Shown here one piece after another: positions 41,507 through 52,003 of a DNA stretch of 64,000 nt; position 1 is the stretch's first letter, and every line of letters starts with the position of its first letter. Where the stretch lies: the NCBI GenBank assembly GCA_963730935.1, contig CAVSTP010000004.1:320001-384000 (forward strand), given 5' to 3'. Source of the stretch: an uncultured Nitrospiraceae bacterium. GTDB lineage: Bacteria; Nitrospirota; Nitrospiria; Nitrospirales; Nitrospiraceae. A program made the translations under genes and the position numbers. The notes beneath the pieces are model-generated. The model made no database searches. It was not told where the DNA came from and worked only from the letters and a program-made list of their open reading frames with translations.

Positions 41507-43764
41507 CTAGTCCGAGATTGTGATTGTGATCGACGTAGCGGTCCAATCGGCCGGCGGAGCAGCTGGTGCAGGCGCGCAATTTCCGCCACCACTGCAGTGG
41601 ATGCCGTGGGCAAGGCATCCGGAATCGGCGAAGTCGAATTCGCGGCTGCCGGAAGTCCGGTGAGGGATTGCCCAGCCTCGGGCTGAACCGGAACGCTCTC
41701 CCCCGGCACATGTGGACTGCTGTCGGGGACCGTCAGAATTCCGCGCGCCGCCACCGAAGTCAGTTGCTGCCTCAGCGACTGCATCCCGCTGGCGATTGCT
41801 CGGGTCTTCAATGTGACTGAGGTGTTCTCTGACGCGCCTTGCAGCGACGTGATGCGATCGCGGATCATCTGCGCCGTCTGAAGGTCCGTACTGCTGAAGA
41901 CACGGATCGTGTCCGTGCCCTTTGGCGGACTGTAATCCCAATAGAACCCCGCCTGATTCCCCGGTTTGAGCGAATCAGGAATCAGCACGGCTTCTCCCGC
42001 CCGCAGAAAACCGTCACCGTGGTACTGGCGATTCTGGTAACTGTTGGGGAACAAGAGATTGACTCCACCCTCGGAATCGACGTCGACAATGGTGACATAC
42101 GAATCGGCGCTGACCCGCACTTCGAGTTGCAGACTGTTCTGTTCGGATCGTGGCTTTCCTTGCTTCCGGATGCGATATTTCACCGCCTGAGTGTCGCCCA
42201 CCACCTTGATTCCGCGTGTGCTGACGCTGCCTTTGGTCTTGGTGGCAGAAGCCACGCGAACGTCTACCTTCAGCTGAGAAGATGGGTTGTCCAATGTCAG
42301 CAGCTCTGAGGCGTTCGAAGACCGCGACACGACCGTAGCGACGCCGGCGCCCCAGGGCTCGCGCACTCCGAATGTCCCGACGACTTCGAGTCCGTCTGCT
42401 GCGAGGAGGCGCACGGTATCTCCCTCCATGTCGACGGCGAACCTCGCCGGCTGCTCGGGTCCAACCAGATCGACATCCTTAATATTCGTGCGCAGGGTTT
42501 CTTCAATCACATGCCGGCTGTCCGGCGGCACGTCAAGAATGCGAATGGGAATCCGTTGACCGGTCGGCGGAGGAAGCAGCGCAATGGCGCGTGCACCGGA
42601 AGGGATCTTGCCGGCGGACGCTTGGAGCTTTGCGACGACATCTTTGCCGCTCACTTGCGTGACGCTGGCGACTGCGAGTGCGCGCCCAGGCAGAAATCTC
42701 GTTTCGCCGGGTGGATAGAGGGACCACGTGGAACCTGGGGCAGCACCCAGCAGCGTGCCATTGATCAGCGTCACCGTTCCTGCAGAGCCTGGTTGCACCT
42801 CGAGCCACGCGCGCCTGGCGGGGACCTGGCCAGCGGATTGACCACCGACGGACGGCGAGTCCAGCAAAGCCGTTTCCAACAAATTGGGAGGCGCTTCCAA
42901 TTGAGGCTCGGGCATGGAACTGCGGCCGAAGTGCGCCTGGATACGTTTCAACTCACGTTCGACCCCTGAGAACACCTCTCGCGGGGAGGCGCCGGAGGGA
43001 GCCTGGCTCAAACTTTTCGACAGCGAGTAGGTAAAAAACCCGTGATAGCGGCCGTCGACCGGACCGTCGAGGGCTTCTTGATGGGAAGCTGCGCCGGTCA
43101 TCACCACGTATCGTGACGTGATGACCGGCACGATCGCCCTCGTTTTCGGTTTTGCATCTTCCGCCTTCCTGTAGATGTCGATGCGCATATCTCGCGGGAT
43201 TGAGCGTGTCCGAATATCGAGGGACCTGGTTGCCGTGCCCGAGTGGCAGGAGTCCAGAACAATCATGGCGGTCTTTGCGCGCAAACGGGCGAAGATGGCG
43301 TCCAATTCATCGTCGGTGATGTCGCGCACATCTCCTGAACGACCGTCTTGTGGCACGAGCGTTTCATCGAGATGGTCCTCTGGTTCGTCGCCGTTGAGAT
43401 CCTCCACCTGCGAGCCGTGGCCAGAATAGTGGAAATAGACGGTGTCATTGGGGCCGGCCTCTTTCACTAGCTGCTCAAGCGCGGCCAGCATGCCTGCTCT
43501 TGTGGCGGCGTCGTCCGTGACCATCGTGATGTGGCTGTCAGCAAAGCCCCATCGTGTGATCAGAATCTGCCGGATCGTTTCGATATCGTTGAGCGATCCT
43601 TGCAGCCTGGGGACGTTCTTATATTTGTTGATGCCGATCAATAGGGCTCGTTTGACGCTGGCGCTGTCCTGAGATTCAACGCCGAGCGGGAGAAGCATCG
43701 AGGCCGCCGAGCAGGTCAACACCGATACCGCAAAGATGAACCATGACCGGCGAAGAGCAGTCAT
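41507..43764 (-). CDS. Exported caspase-family (C14) protease with C-terminal DUF4384-like domain; probable frameshift near 41575
   Basis: RALLIGINKY, YSGHGSQ and LDSCHSG dyad; YVTIVDVDSEGGVNLLFPN; N-terminal hydrophobic leader; alternative start at 43830. Confidence 0.88.
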
Positions 43765-43826
43765 TGACCAACACCTCTTTGGTGACGCACTGGATGCTCG
43801 TGAGTCGATATCGGCCCTTCGCCGGT

Positions 43827-44486
43827 TCACTGTTGGACCAGTTGGGCCGAGCGGACGACATCGCCTTGCTCACGCAACAGAGCAAGCGCAGCGGCTGGAT
43901 CGTCGGTGCGCAAGCCGATAGTGAACACGCCGTCTGCCGTCGGACCGTCCACGATCCTGGCAGGCAGTCGTTCAAGCAACGACCGGATGCTTGCTTCAGT
44001 GGCAGATGGCTGGAACCGAACGTGGATCTTCGTCTGTGTCTGCATGACTACGGAACGGCTGGACACCTCGTTCCGCTCGTCCGGAGGCAACGTCACCCAA
44101 AGCAAAAGCCCCATTTGCGCGACCAATAAGAGGGCGGCCAAAGTCGGTACCCACTGAGGCACGAGGAGCGACCGGAACCAGCGGTCCAAGCCTGCGGCCC
44201 AGGATGCGTCTTGATGCGCCTGATCGTGACCAATAGTGTCAGCCGCCACCCGCGCCATCACCGATCTATAGATACGAGGGGAGGGCTCGGCTTCCTGGCG
44301 AGACAGCTCGGTCAGCGCTTGGCGGATCTGAGTGAGATCTTCCAGTTCACGGTTGCAGTCTCGGCAGGATTCGAGATGTCTCGCGACTCGCTGCTGATCA
44401 GCCTCTCCGAGCGTACCTGTGGCATACCAAGGCAGCAACTGGACCTCCGGATGCACGCCGGCCGGCAAGGTGTCAGGATCGCTCAT
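43827..44486 (-). CDS. Zinc-binding (HxxxCxxC) transmembrane anti-sigma factor
   Basis: LLPWY..GTL...HLESCRDC; one TM helix; small extracytoplasmic domain; overlaps the sigma gene stop. Confidence 0.88.
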   Translation of the reverse strand: MSDPDTLPAGVHPEVQLLPWYATGTLGEADQQRVARHLESCRDCNRELEDLTQIRQALTELSRQEAEPSPRIYRSVMARVAADTIGHDQAHQDASWAAGLDRWFRSLLVPQWVPTLAALLLVAQMGLLLWVTLPPDERNEVSSRSVVMQTQTKIHVRFQPSATEASIRSLLERLPARIVDGPTADGVFTIGLRTDDPAAALALLREQGDVVRSAQLVQQ

Positions 44487-45064
44487 CGGATCGGCTCCGT
44501 CTGGCCCAGGTGTGCAAGCTGTTCTTTAAGCCGCTGCTTGGCATAGTACACGCGCGTCTTCACCGTATTGGTCGGGATGCCGAGCAAGGTGGAAATTTCC
44601 TCATAGGGTTGTTCCTCATAAAACACGAGCCGCAGGATTTCCCGGTGCTCTCTCGTCAGCGCGGCCATGGCCCGTTGTGTCAGCGTCGCAAGTTGATTGC
44701 GGAACACGCCTTCATCAGGACGATCATGCGGATGAGGAAGATCGACCGCGCCATCCAATGCGATTTCTCGCTGGCGGCGGCCCGAGCGTCTGATCGCGTC
44801 GAGAGCCTTGTGCCGGGCGATCCCGAATATCCAGGTGGATACCCGTGACGTGCAGGCGAACGAGCCGGCCCCCCGCCAGACGGCAAGCATGGTATCGTCT
44901 ACAACTTCTTCCGCCAACGATGCATCGGAAACGAGCGTCTGCACGTACTGATATACCCGTTTTTCGTAAGAGTGGTAGAGGCGCTCAAATGCTGGTCGAT
45001 CACCATGGGCCACCGCCGCAAGAAGATCATTCTCCGACGTGTCTTTGACGTGTGTCGCGTCCAT
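44483..45064 (-). CDS. ECF sigma factor
   Basis: GDRPAFERLY, AEEVVDDT, STWIFGIARHK and YEEIS..LGIPTNTVKTR. Confidence 0.95.
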   Translation of the reverse strand: MDATHVKDTSENDLLAAVAHGDRPAFERLYHSYEKRVYQYVQTLVSDASLAEEVVDDTMLAVWRGAGSFACTSRVSTWIFGIARHKALDAIRRSGRRQREIALDGAVDLPHPHDRPDEGVFRNQLATLTQRAMAALTREHREILRLVFYEEQPYEEISTLLGIPTNTVKTRVYYAKQRLKEQLAHLGQTEPIR

Positions 45065-45079
45065 CGGGGCCTGAGTTCA
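45054..45079 (-). promoter_or_regulatory. ECF-type promoter motif TGAACT-N16-CGAC
   Basis: Minus-strand copy of a motif found four more times in this locus; spans the sigma ATG. Confidence 0.6.
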
Positions 45080-45106
45080 AGAGAATCGAGACCCTTGAGC
45101 GGCCTT

Positions 45107-45135
45107 GCTGTAGCACATTTTCGGGAACCCCTCAA
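45107..45135 (-). promoter_or_regulatory. Possible sigma70-type promoter for the ECF operon
   Basis: TTGAGG-N17-TACAGC with TGn extension; the -10 is imperfect. Confidence 0.3.
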
Positions 45136-45187
45136 TAGACGACGTTGATTGACCGGCCGCCACGAGCGTTCTACAATGCCTTGTCGC

Positions 45188-45213
45188 TGAACCTTTTGCC
45201 GTGTTCTCCCGAC
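45188..45213 (+). promoter_or_regulatory. ECF-type promoter motif TGAACC-N16-CGAC
   Basis: Ends 28 nt before the ATG at 45242. Confidence 0.75.
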
Positions 45214-45241
45214 GTACGGGACAGCACGGGAGGGCGAGATC

Positions 45242-46958
45242 ATGATCATCCTGGGTTCGCAGCGGAAGAAGGGGACGGTCAACGGGCAACCTCTTTTCCT
45301 GATCCTGCTCGGTCCGCTCGTGCTCAGCTCCTGTGCGGCAGCGCCATTCCTCATCCCGGTCGCCTTCGAATTTGCAAGAAATCTGTTTCAGACCGGCCTC
45401 TCCAACTACGGCTCCAAACATCGCGACAATTTGAGCAACCTGGTCAACCGGCTGTCGAGCCCGTACATGCAAGGTCTGCCGCCCATGCAGATCGGTGCCC
45501 CGGGCATGCCAGGGTTTGGTGCACCATCGGCCGTTCCCGGACAGCCTGGTTTTCCCGGACAGCCTGGTTTTCCCGGACAGCCTGGTTTTCCCGGACAGCC
45601 TGATTTGTCCGGACAGCCTGGTTTGTCTGGCCAACCCGGTTTACCTGGCCAACCCGGAGTGCCGCAAGGGTCCGTTCCGGTCCAACCGGGAATGATCAAT
45701 CCCAACAATCCGTACGGCACTGTTCAGCAGAATAACCCTGCTGTGACGCAGTATCCCGGCATGTCCACCATTCCCGGCAGTACGGTGACTCCCTATGGCA
45801 CTCCGCAAGGATATCCTTCCCAGCCTGGAATGAACCCGTACGACCCGAACAATCCATACGGGTCGGCGGCCATGAATCCGTATGGGCAAACTTCGAACCC
45901 GTATGGCCAGAATCCCTATGGGCAACCAGCTAACCCGTATGGAACACCATCCCCCTATGGGTCGCAGAATCCCTATGGCACATCGCCGCAGGGCGCGTAT
46001 GGTTCGAATCCCTATGGGCAGACGAACCCTTATGGCCAAGCGAATCCCTATGGCCAAACGAACCCTATGGCCGACGAATCCCTATGGACAAACGAACCCG
46101 TACGGCGCGACGAATCCGTATGGCAGCACGGCATACGATCCCAACAACCCCTACGGCAACAACCAAGCCCAGCCCGGGTATGGACAGGCTTACGGGCAGC
46201 CGCAAGCAGGCTACGGCACCACCTCTCCATACGGTATGCAACAGACTCAGCAACCCTACGGGGCTTACGGATCGACCCCGCAACCGTATGGGTCACAGCC
46301 GTATGGCGCGTCTCAGTACGGAGGACAGCAGCCCTATGGAGCGACAGGCATCTATCCGCGCGGACTTGGCGCCGAGCCGGTCGCGGTAGATGTCGCACTC
46401 GTGCGTCAAAAGCAGACTTCCAAAGGCAAAGAAGTCGTCCTCATGAATGACGGTGAGGTGCTGAAAGACGGCGGGGCCAATCCTGAAGCCGGTGATCGGT
46501 TCAAGATTGTCATTCGCCTGAACTGCGACTGTTACCTCTATATCATGTCCATCGATGGCTCCGGCTGGGCCGAACCGGTGTTCCCGAAAAAAGACGGCAA
46601 GACGGTCAATCCCGTCAAGAAGGATCAGGAATATGCCTTCCCCGAAGGAGCCCAATGGTTCACGTTGGACCAAATCAAGGGCATCGAGTCGTTCTTCGTC
46701 GTGGGGGCAGCCAATCGCCGGACCGACCTCGAAGAAAGCTTCACTCAGATCGGTGCGGAAAAGCGGCCGGATACGAAGATCGTCGCACGCGTGGAGGAGG
46801 CACCGGTCATCCCTCGGGGCGTGGCTTCGGTCACAACGCGTGGCATCCTGGCGGTCAAGGATGAAACCGGCACTTCGATCCAAGTGGCGCCTCTTTCCTA
46901 TTCGGCGGACCAAGCCGGACAAGATGTCACCGTGACTCGCTGGTTTAAGCATGAATGA
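45242..46958 (+). CDS. Lipoprotein with PGQPGF and NPYG low-complexity repeats and C-terminal DUF4384-like domain (frameshift at about 46070)
   Basis: LSSC lipobox; ORFs 45242 and 45882 join if two missing bases in an NPYGQT repeat are restored; GDRFKIVI...YLYIMSIDGSG..PVFP. Confidence 0.8.
45536..45661 (+). repeat. 18-bp tandem repeat, 7 units (PGQPGF)
   Basis: CCCGGACAGCCTGGTTTT three times exact, then four degenerate units. Confidence 0.9.
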
Positions 46959-46970
46959 AAGGGCAGCACG

Positions 46971-47861
46971 ATGAAGCCACATCGTTGGTGCATCGTCGTC
47001 GGACTTAGCGCGGTTCTCGTGCATGGGGCCGGTCAGGCTCAAGTGTTCCCGCCCCGACAGCCCCAGCCCGCTCCTGCTCCACCGCCGGTTCCCCAAGGGC
47101 AAGCACCGAGTCCAGCTGCCATGCCGCAGCCGCCCGCAACGCAGCCGGGAAGTCTGACCAAGAGCATTCCTCTCGTCGCGATCTTGGGTGATCCCACGAA
47201 ATCGTTCATTCAACTGGGGAACATGCGAAGCCCGTTCGACTCAAATTTTTCGCTGGGCCGAGGACTTACGGGGCGTATCGCCTTGGAAAAATACACCTAC
47301 GAAGCCGGCAACGGACAGAAGGCTTTCGTGCACGTGACCGGGATGTCCAATCCGCCGATCGTGACCGTGGAAGGGCCGGAGGTCCGCTATCAATTCTTGT
47401 TTCCGACCATTCAATTCAAGACCTACTATAAGGACTATTCAGGGGAGGGCGATTCGGCGTTGAGCGATCTGGTGGCCGAAAAGGTCATGGTCGACGTGTT
47501 CCTCTCTCCGACCATCGATCAACGCCGTTTTCCGACGTACCATTCAATTCGTATCGCGATCACCGGAGGCGTCAAGGAAGCGGAGAAGTGCACGCATTTC
47601 TTCGACATTATCTTCCCGATCAACATCTGCAAGGTCGCCAATGAATACTTCCGTCAAGTTCAGCCCGCGCTCGAGAACGGCATGCGTGAAATTATGCTTC
47701 AGCCGCAGACGAGAATGCAGTTCGAGCAGCAAGTCGCCCAATATATCCGCGGGGACCTTCTGACCACTGCCGGCATCAACCCAATGAGCCCCGCCCAGGT
47801 CGAAATTCTGCAAGCGGAATTCCGAGGGGCGGACTACATCGCCAATTACCGGCCGCGCTAG
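46971..47861 (+). CDS. Secreted hypothetical protein with Pro/Gln-rich N-terminus
   Basis: Signal-peptide-like leader; operonic spacing after the preceding gene. Confidence 0.75.
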   Translation: MKPHRWCIVVGLSAVLVHGAGQAQVFPPRQPQPAPAPPPVPQGQAPSPAAMPQPPATQPGSLTKSIPLVAILGDPTKSFIQLGNMRSPFDSNFSLGRGLTGRIALEKYTYEAGNGQKAFVHVTGMSNPPIVTVEGPEVRYQFLFPTIQFKTYYKDYSGEGDSALSDLVAEKVMVDVFLSPTIDQRRFPTYHSIRIAITGGVKEAEKCTHFFDIIFPINICKVANEYFRQVQPALENGMREIMLQPQTRMQFEQQVAQYIRGDLLTTAGINPMSPAQVEILQAEFRGADYIANYRPR

Positions 47862-47931
47862 CTCCCTCTTCTCCCCCGGTCATTACAGGCTCGTTGTTCC
47901 CATAGATGAACCTTCTTAAGGGATCGGTGTG

Positions 47932-47940
47932 TGCTATACT
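47932..47940 (+). promoter_or_regulatory. Extended -10 element TGCTATACT
   Basis: TGn-TATACT about 50 nt before the ATG at 47992. Confidence 0.4.
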
Positions 47941-47991
47941 GCCGCCTCTCTCGCGTCCTGTGCCATGCAACCGGTTTGCAAAGGCAGGCAC

Positions 47992-50900
47992 ATGATTCCA
48001 ACCGTCAGGCGTTCCGCCGTCTTATTCCTCCTTTTATGGCTCCCTGTCGCGTTATCCACCGGGTGTGGCTGGTATTACATGTTCTCCAGTCCATCGGTGC
48101 CTGAATATCGATCGCCGTCCGACGAAGACATCCAAAAAATGACCAACCGGATGATGGGCAAGGCGCCCAAACGGGAAGCGCCTCTGACCACAGACGGCGT
48201 GCAAGTCGTGTTTCAAACGGGGCACACCGCTACCATCCGCACGCTCGCCCTCAGCCCGAACGGCCGTTACATCGCGTCCTCGGCTGGTGACGCCACGGTG
48301 AAAATTTGGGACGTCGCCAGCGGGCAGGAAGTGCGGACGCTCACGGGCTACGGAATGCTGGGCGCCGATACGCTCGTCTTCAGCCCCGACAGTACCCGTC
48401 TCATTGCAACCGAAATGGGAGCCGGATTGAAAATGGTCGAAGTGAACACCGGCCGTGAAGTGCTCGCAGCCGGTGCCTTGATGGCCAGCGGGGCGGTGGT
48501 GAGCGCCGACGGACGATTTGCCGTCGCACAGCAGAGCGATGCGAAAGCGGCCGCTAGCCGCTTCCTGAATGTGCTGAATCAATCGCTTGCCGTCATCCAG
48601 CTCACGAGCGGTCAAAACGTCTGGACGCTTCCAGACTCGGAATCTCAAACGCCACTCGCACTCAGCGGTGACGGGAAAATCCTATTGACGAGCCGGCTGG
48701 ATACCAAGACGTCGACCTCGATCGGTTCGACGATTGGATCCATGTTCGGCTTTGGAACGCCGGATTTGCCGACCATACAGCAAGAGCTGCTGCTCTGGGA
48801 TGTGCCTGCGAAGAAACTCCGCAAGAGCTGGTCGGTTAAGAACATGGCCGAAGGGGCAGGCGGGAAAATCTCTCCGGATGGACGCTGGTTCCTTCGTGAA
48901 GACATGGCGACGCGACGGCTTATCCTGACGGACCTCGAGACGGGGAAACCAGTCCAGACGATCTCGACCGGTGCCAGCGCCACGAGCGGGATGACCAACA
49001 GTCTTGGATTCAGTCCCGATGGACGCCTGGCAACATTTTCTACGAGCGATGGCACGACCAGGCTCCTCGAAATTCCCAGTGGACGGCTACAGTCCACGCT
49101 CCACTCAACCGCCGTCGGCTTCAGCCAAGACGGCAAACAGCTCGTTTTGGCATTGGAAGGCGGAGGCGCGCCGTTCCTGCGCGACACCTCGAGCGGACAA
49201 GAAATTCGCCTGACAGGCGGCGGCAGCGGTATTACGGAACTTGCGGTGGGGCAACAGGGCCGCTTTCTCGTGGCCGCCATGGAAGGGGGCAGCGCCAAGT
49301 TGTGGGATCTGGCCACGGGTCAAATTCTTCGCACGTTCGAATGTCCAGGCGGGACGGGAGCGTCGTCGGTTGCCCTTGCCCAATCCTCGGCGTTGCTTGC
49401 GACCGGCTGCGCGGACGGGTCGGCTTGGTTGTGGGATGTCAACAGCGGCCGGCAACTTCAGAGTCTCTCAGCTGCGTTACCTTCCGGAGAATGGTTTCCT
49501 ACCACTGTGCGCTTGACGCAGGACGGTAGGAATGCAGTCGTCACAATGCGCGATCAGTTGGTGGTCTGGGATCTCTCGACAGCAAAGGAACAACGGCGAA
49601 TTGCGATTCCACGTGGCCAGCTTCCAAGATCGATGGACATGATCGGGAATCCGGAAGCTGGATACGAAGGACTTCCTGCGGAATATCGCACCAAGATGAA
49701 GGATCGGATGCCGGAGCAGCCGCAGATGGATCCCGCGATGATTGCGAAGATGAAGGAGACGTCGCATTGGATCCGAACGATTGCTCTGCATCCCAACGGA
49801 CAGATTGCCGCGGTAGGCCGTTCGTACGAAATCAGCCTCTGGGACCTGAAGGCCGGCGCTCTCCTGCGCCGGTTTCAGGACACCAGCAAACAGGAGGCGA
49901 TGGCGCGGCGACAAAAGCAGCAGGCGGAGCAACAGCGATATTTTGAAGAGGCCAGCAGCATGAAATCGTTGTTGCCGTTCGGCCTGGGCATGCCTTCCCG
50001 CCCTCCGGCTATGGACTCTGGTGAGATTGTGCAAATGGACGATCCGTCCGAGGTGATGGAGTTGATGGGAGATATGGGAGGTGAAATCAACGGGGGCACG
50101 AGTTTGGCTTTCAGCCCAGACGGTCGCCTGCTGCTCAGTGATGGGGTAAGGGGAAAAGATCTCTGGAATGTCGCCGATGGCCGTAAGATTCGTCCGCCGA
50201 AACCCCCGCGGGCATCCGGCTTCGATCCGATGAGGATGATGGCCAACATGGAGTTCAATATCGGGGGTTTGGGTGTCGCCTTCAGCCCCGATGGCCGGTT
50301 GGCTGCACGGGGTCACGGAGAAGTGATCAAGGTCTGGGATGTCGCCAGCGGACAAGATCGATTCGAATTGATCGGGCATACCGCCGCCGTAAAGACTCTT
50401 CAGTTCTCAGCGGATGGCCGCTCGTTGATCAGCGGCGGGAGTGACGGGGCCGTGCGCCTCTGGAATCTTCAGAGCGGAAAAGAACAAGCCGCCCTTATCG
50501 CGCTTGGCCGCGAGGACTTTGTGGCGGTGTTGCCGGACCAATACTATCGAGCCTCGAAAAGCCGCATCAAAGGCGTGTCGTTCCGCGTGAAGGAGCAGTT
50601 GTACCCCTTCGAGCAGTTCGATTTGCGGTTCAATCGTCCTGACATTGTGATGACTCGACTAGGGATGGTCTCACCGGACGTCGTACAAAGCTATCAACTT
50701 GCCTATGCACGGCGGCTGAACAAAATGGGGATGACGGAGCAGATGCTGGGCAGGGAGTTTCACCTGCCGGAACTGGAACTGCTGACGACGGATGTGCCGG
50801 TTTCTGTCGGCGCGCCGAGCTTGACGCTCCGCGTGAAGGCCATGGACAGCAAATACGCTTTGGATCGCTTGAATGTGTTCGTCAATGACGTGCCGGTATA

Positions 50901-51951
50901 CGGAACGGCCGGATTGTCGCTGGTCAGCAAACGGCTTCAAGCGCATGAACAAGACATCGAGGTTCCCCTGGTGTCGGGCCGCAACAAGATCCAGGTTTCC
51001 GTGCTCAATCAACAGGGCGTGGAATCATTGAAACAGACCGTCTATACGTCCTCCACCGCACAGTTGGCGCCTCCCGAAGTGTACGTCGTCGGAGTCGGGG
51101 TCAGCGAATACAAAGACAAAGCGTACAACCTTCGTTACGCCGCCAAAGACGCCAACGATCTTGTGGCCGCGTACAAGGCCCTCGAACAGCGGGAGGGAAT
51201 ATCGAGCCAGGTGCATGTGCTGAACCTGACGGATCAGAAAGCGACTAGGTCGGGCATCGTGCAGGCGAGGGAGTGGCTCAAAGCGTCCAAGGTGAACGAC
51301 CTGGTCGTGGTGTTCGCCGCCGGGCACGGGATGACCGACGAGAAGTCCGATTACTACTTTGGAACCTACGACATCGATCCCAAGCATCCGGCCGTCAACG
51401 GCTTGCCGTATCAGGAATTCGAAAATCTGCTGGACGGCATCCCGGCGCTCCAGAAAGTGTTGCTTCTTGATACCTGCTTCTCCGGCGAGATCGAAAAGGA
51501 CCAACCGGTCGTCGTCGCTCAGGCTGAAACAGGAGCCTCCGGCACGGTGAAGATGCGGGCATTCAAAGCCGCCAGAGGCGTGTCGGTCGTAGCCGATGAG
51601 CCGCAAGCCCCAACGGGCACCGCGACGAGCGGACCTCGATTGTCGAACGAAATGCTGCGTTTTCAGCAGGACTGGTTCGCCGACCTTCGGCGCGGCACCG
51701 GCGCCGCGATCATCTCAAGTTCGAGCGGCAACGAGTACAGCCTGGAAGGCGAGCAGTGGAAGAACGGCGTGTTCACGTATTCGCTGCTCAATGGGCTAAA
51801 GAATCACCAGGCCGATACGAATAAGGATCGAGTGATTACGGTCAGCGAGCTGCAGGCTTACGTGATCGACCAAGTCCGGAAGTTAACAGAAGGTGGCCAG
51901 AATCCAACCGTCCGACGGGAAAATTTGGAGAGCGATTTCGTCGTGTATTGA
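47992..51951 (+). CDS. WD40-repeat lipoprotein with C-terminal caspase-family domain (paralog 1)
   Basis: LSTGC lipobox; many GH...WD repeats; FAAGHG and LLDTCFSG dyad; NGVFTYSLL and GQNP. Confidence 0.92.
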   Translation: MIPTVRRSAVLFLLLWLPVALSTGCGWYYMFSSPSVPEYRSPSDEDIQKMTNRMMGKAPKREAPLTTDGVQVVFQTGHTATIRTLALSPNGRYIASSAGDATVKIWDVASGQEVRTLTGYGMLGADTLVFSPDSTRLIATEMGAGLKMVEVNTGREVLAAGALMASGAVVSADGRFAVAQQSDAKAAASRFLNVLNQSLAVIQLTSGQNVWTLPDSESQTPLALSGDGKILLTSRLDTKTSTSIGSTIGSMFGFGTPDLPTIQQELLLWDVPAKKLRKSWSVKNMAEGAGGKISPDGRWFLREDMATRRLILTDLETGKPVQTISTGASATSGMTNSLGFSPDGRLATFSTSDGTTRLLEIPSGRLQSTLHSTAVGFSQDGKQLVLALEGGGAPFLRDTSSGQEIRLTGGGSGITELAVGQQGRFLVAAMEGGSAKLWDLATGQILRTFECPGGTGASSVALAQSSALLATGCADGSAWLWDVNSGRQLQSLSAALPSGEWFPTTVRLTQDGRNAVVTMRDQLVVWDLSTAKEQRRIAIPRGQLPRSMDMIGNPEAGYEGLPAEYRTKMKDRMPEQPQMDPAMIAKMKETSHWIRTIALHPNGQIAAVGRSYEISLWDLKAGALLRRFQDTSKQEAMARRQKQQAEQQRYFEEASSMKSLLPFGLGMPSRPPAMDSGEIVQMDDPSEVMELMGDMGGEINGGTSLAFSPDGRLLLSDGVRGKDLWNVADGRKIRPPKPPRASGFDPMRMMANMEFNIGGLGVAFSPDGRLAARGHGEVIKVWDVASGQDRFELIGHTAAVKTLQFSADGRSLISGGSDGAVRLWNLQSGKEQAALIALGREDFVAVLPDQYYRASKSRIKGVSFRVKEQLYPFEQFDLRFNRPDIVMTRLGMVSPDVVQSYQLAYARRLNKMGMTEQMLGREFHLPELELLTTDVPVSVGAPSLTLRVKAMDSKYALDRLNVFVNDVPVYGTAGLSLVSKRLQAHEQDIEVPLVSGRNKIQVSVLNQQGVESLKQTVYTSSTAQLAPPEVYVVGVGVSEYKDKAYNLRYAAKDANDLVAAYKALEQREGISSQVHVLNLTDQKATRSGIVQAREWLKASKVNDLVVVFAAGHGMTDEKSDYYFGTYDIDPKHPAVNGLPYQEFENLLDGIPALQKVLLLDTCFSGEIEKDQPVVVAQAETGASGTVKMRAFKAARGVSVVADEPQAPTGTATSGPRLSNEMLRFQQDWFADLRRGTGAAIISSSSGNEYSLEGEQWKNGVFTYSLLNGLKNHQADTNKDRVITVSELQAYVIDQVRKLTEGGQNPTVRRENLESDFVVY

Positions 51952-52003
51952 TGAAGGTCCGCAACTGTTCGGCAAGCAGCGTTCACACCACAAGGAGGGC
52001 AAC

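Noticed and set aside
45536..45661. Tandem repeats as a CRISPR array
   Set aside because: The units are contiguous 18-mers with no spacers, lie in frame within a CDS, and no cas genes are nearby
46055..46085. Programmed frameshift in the DUF4384-like lipoprotein
   Set aside because: No slippery heptamer; two single-base losses within a repeat unit fit sequencing error better
47907..47932. Sixth ECF promoter (TGAACC upstream of WD40-caspase 1)
   Set aside because: GTGT rather than CGAC follows the 16-nt spacer; an extended -10 nearby explains the region as well
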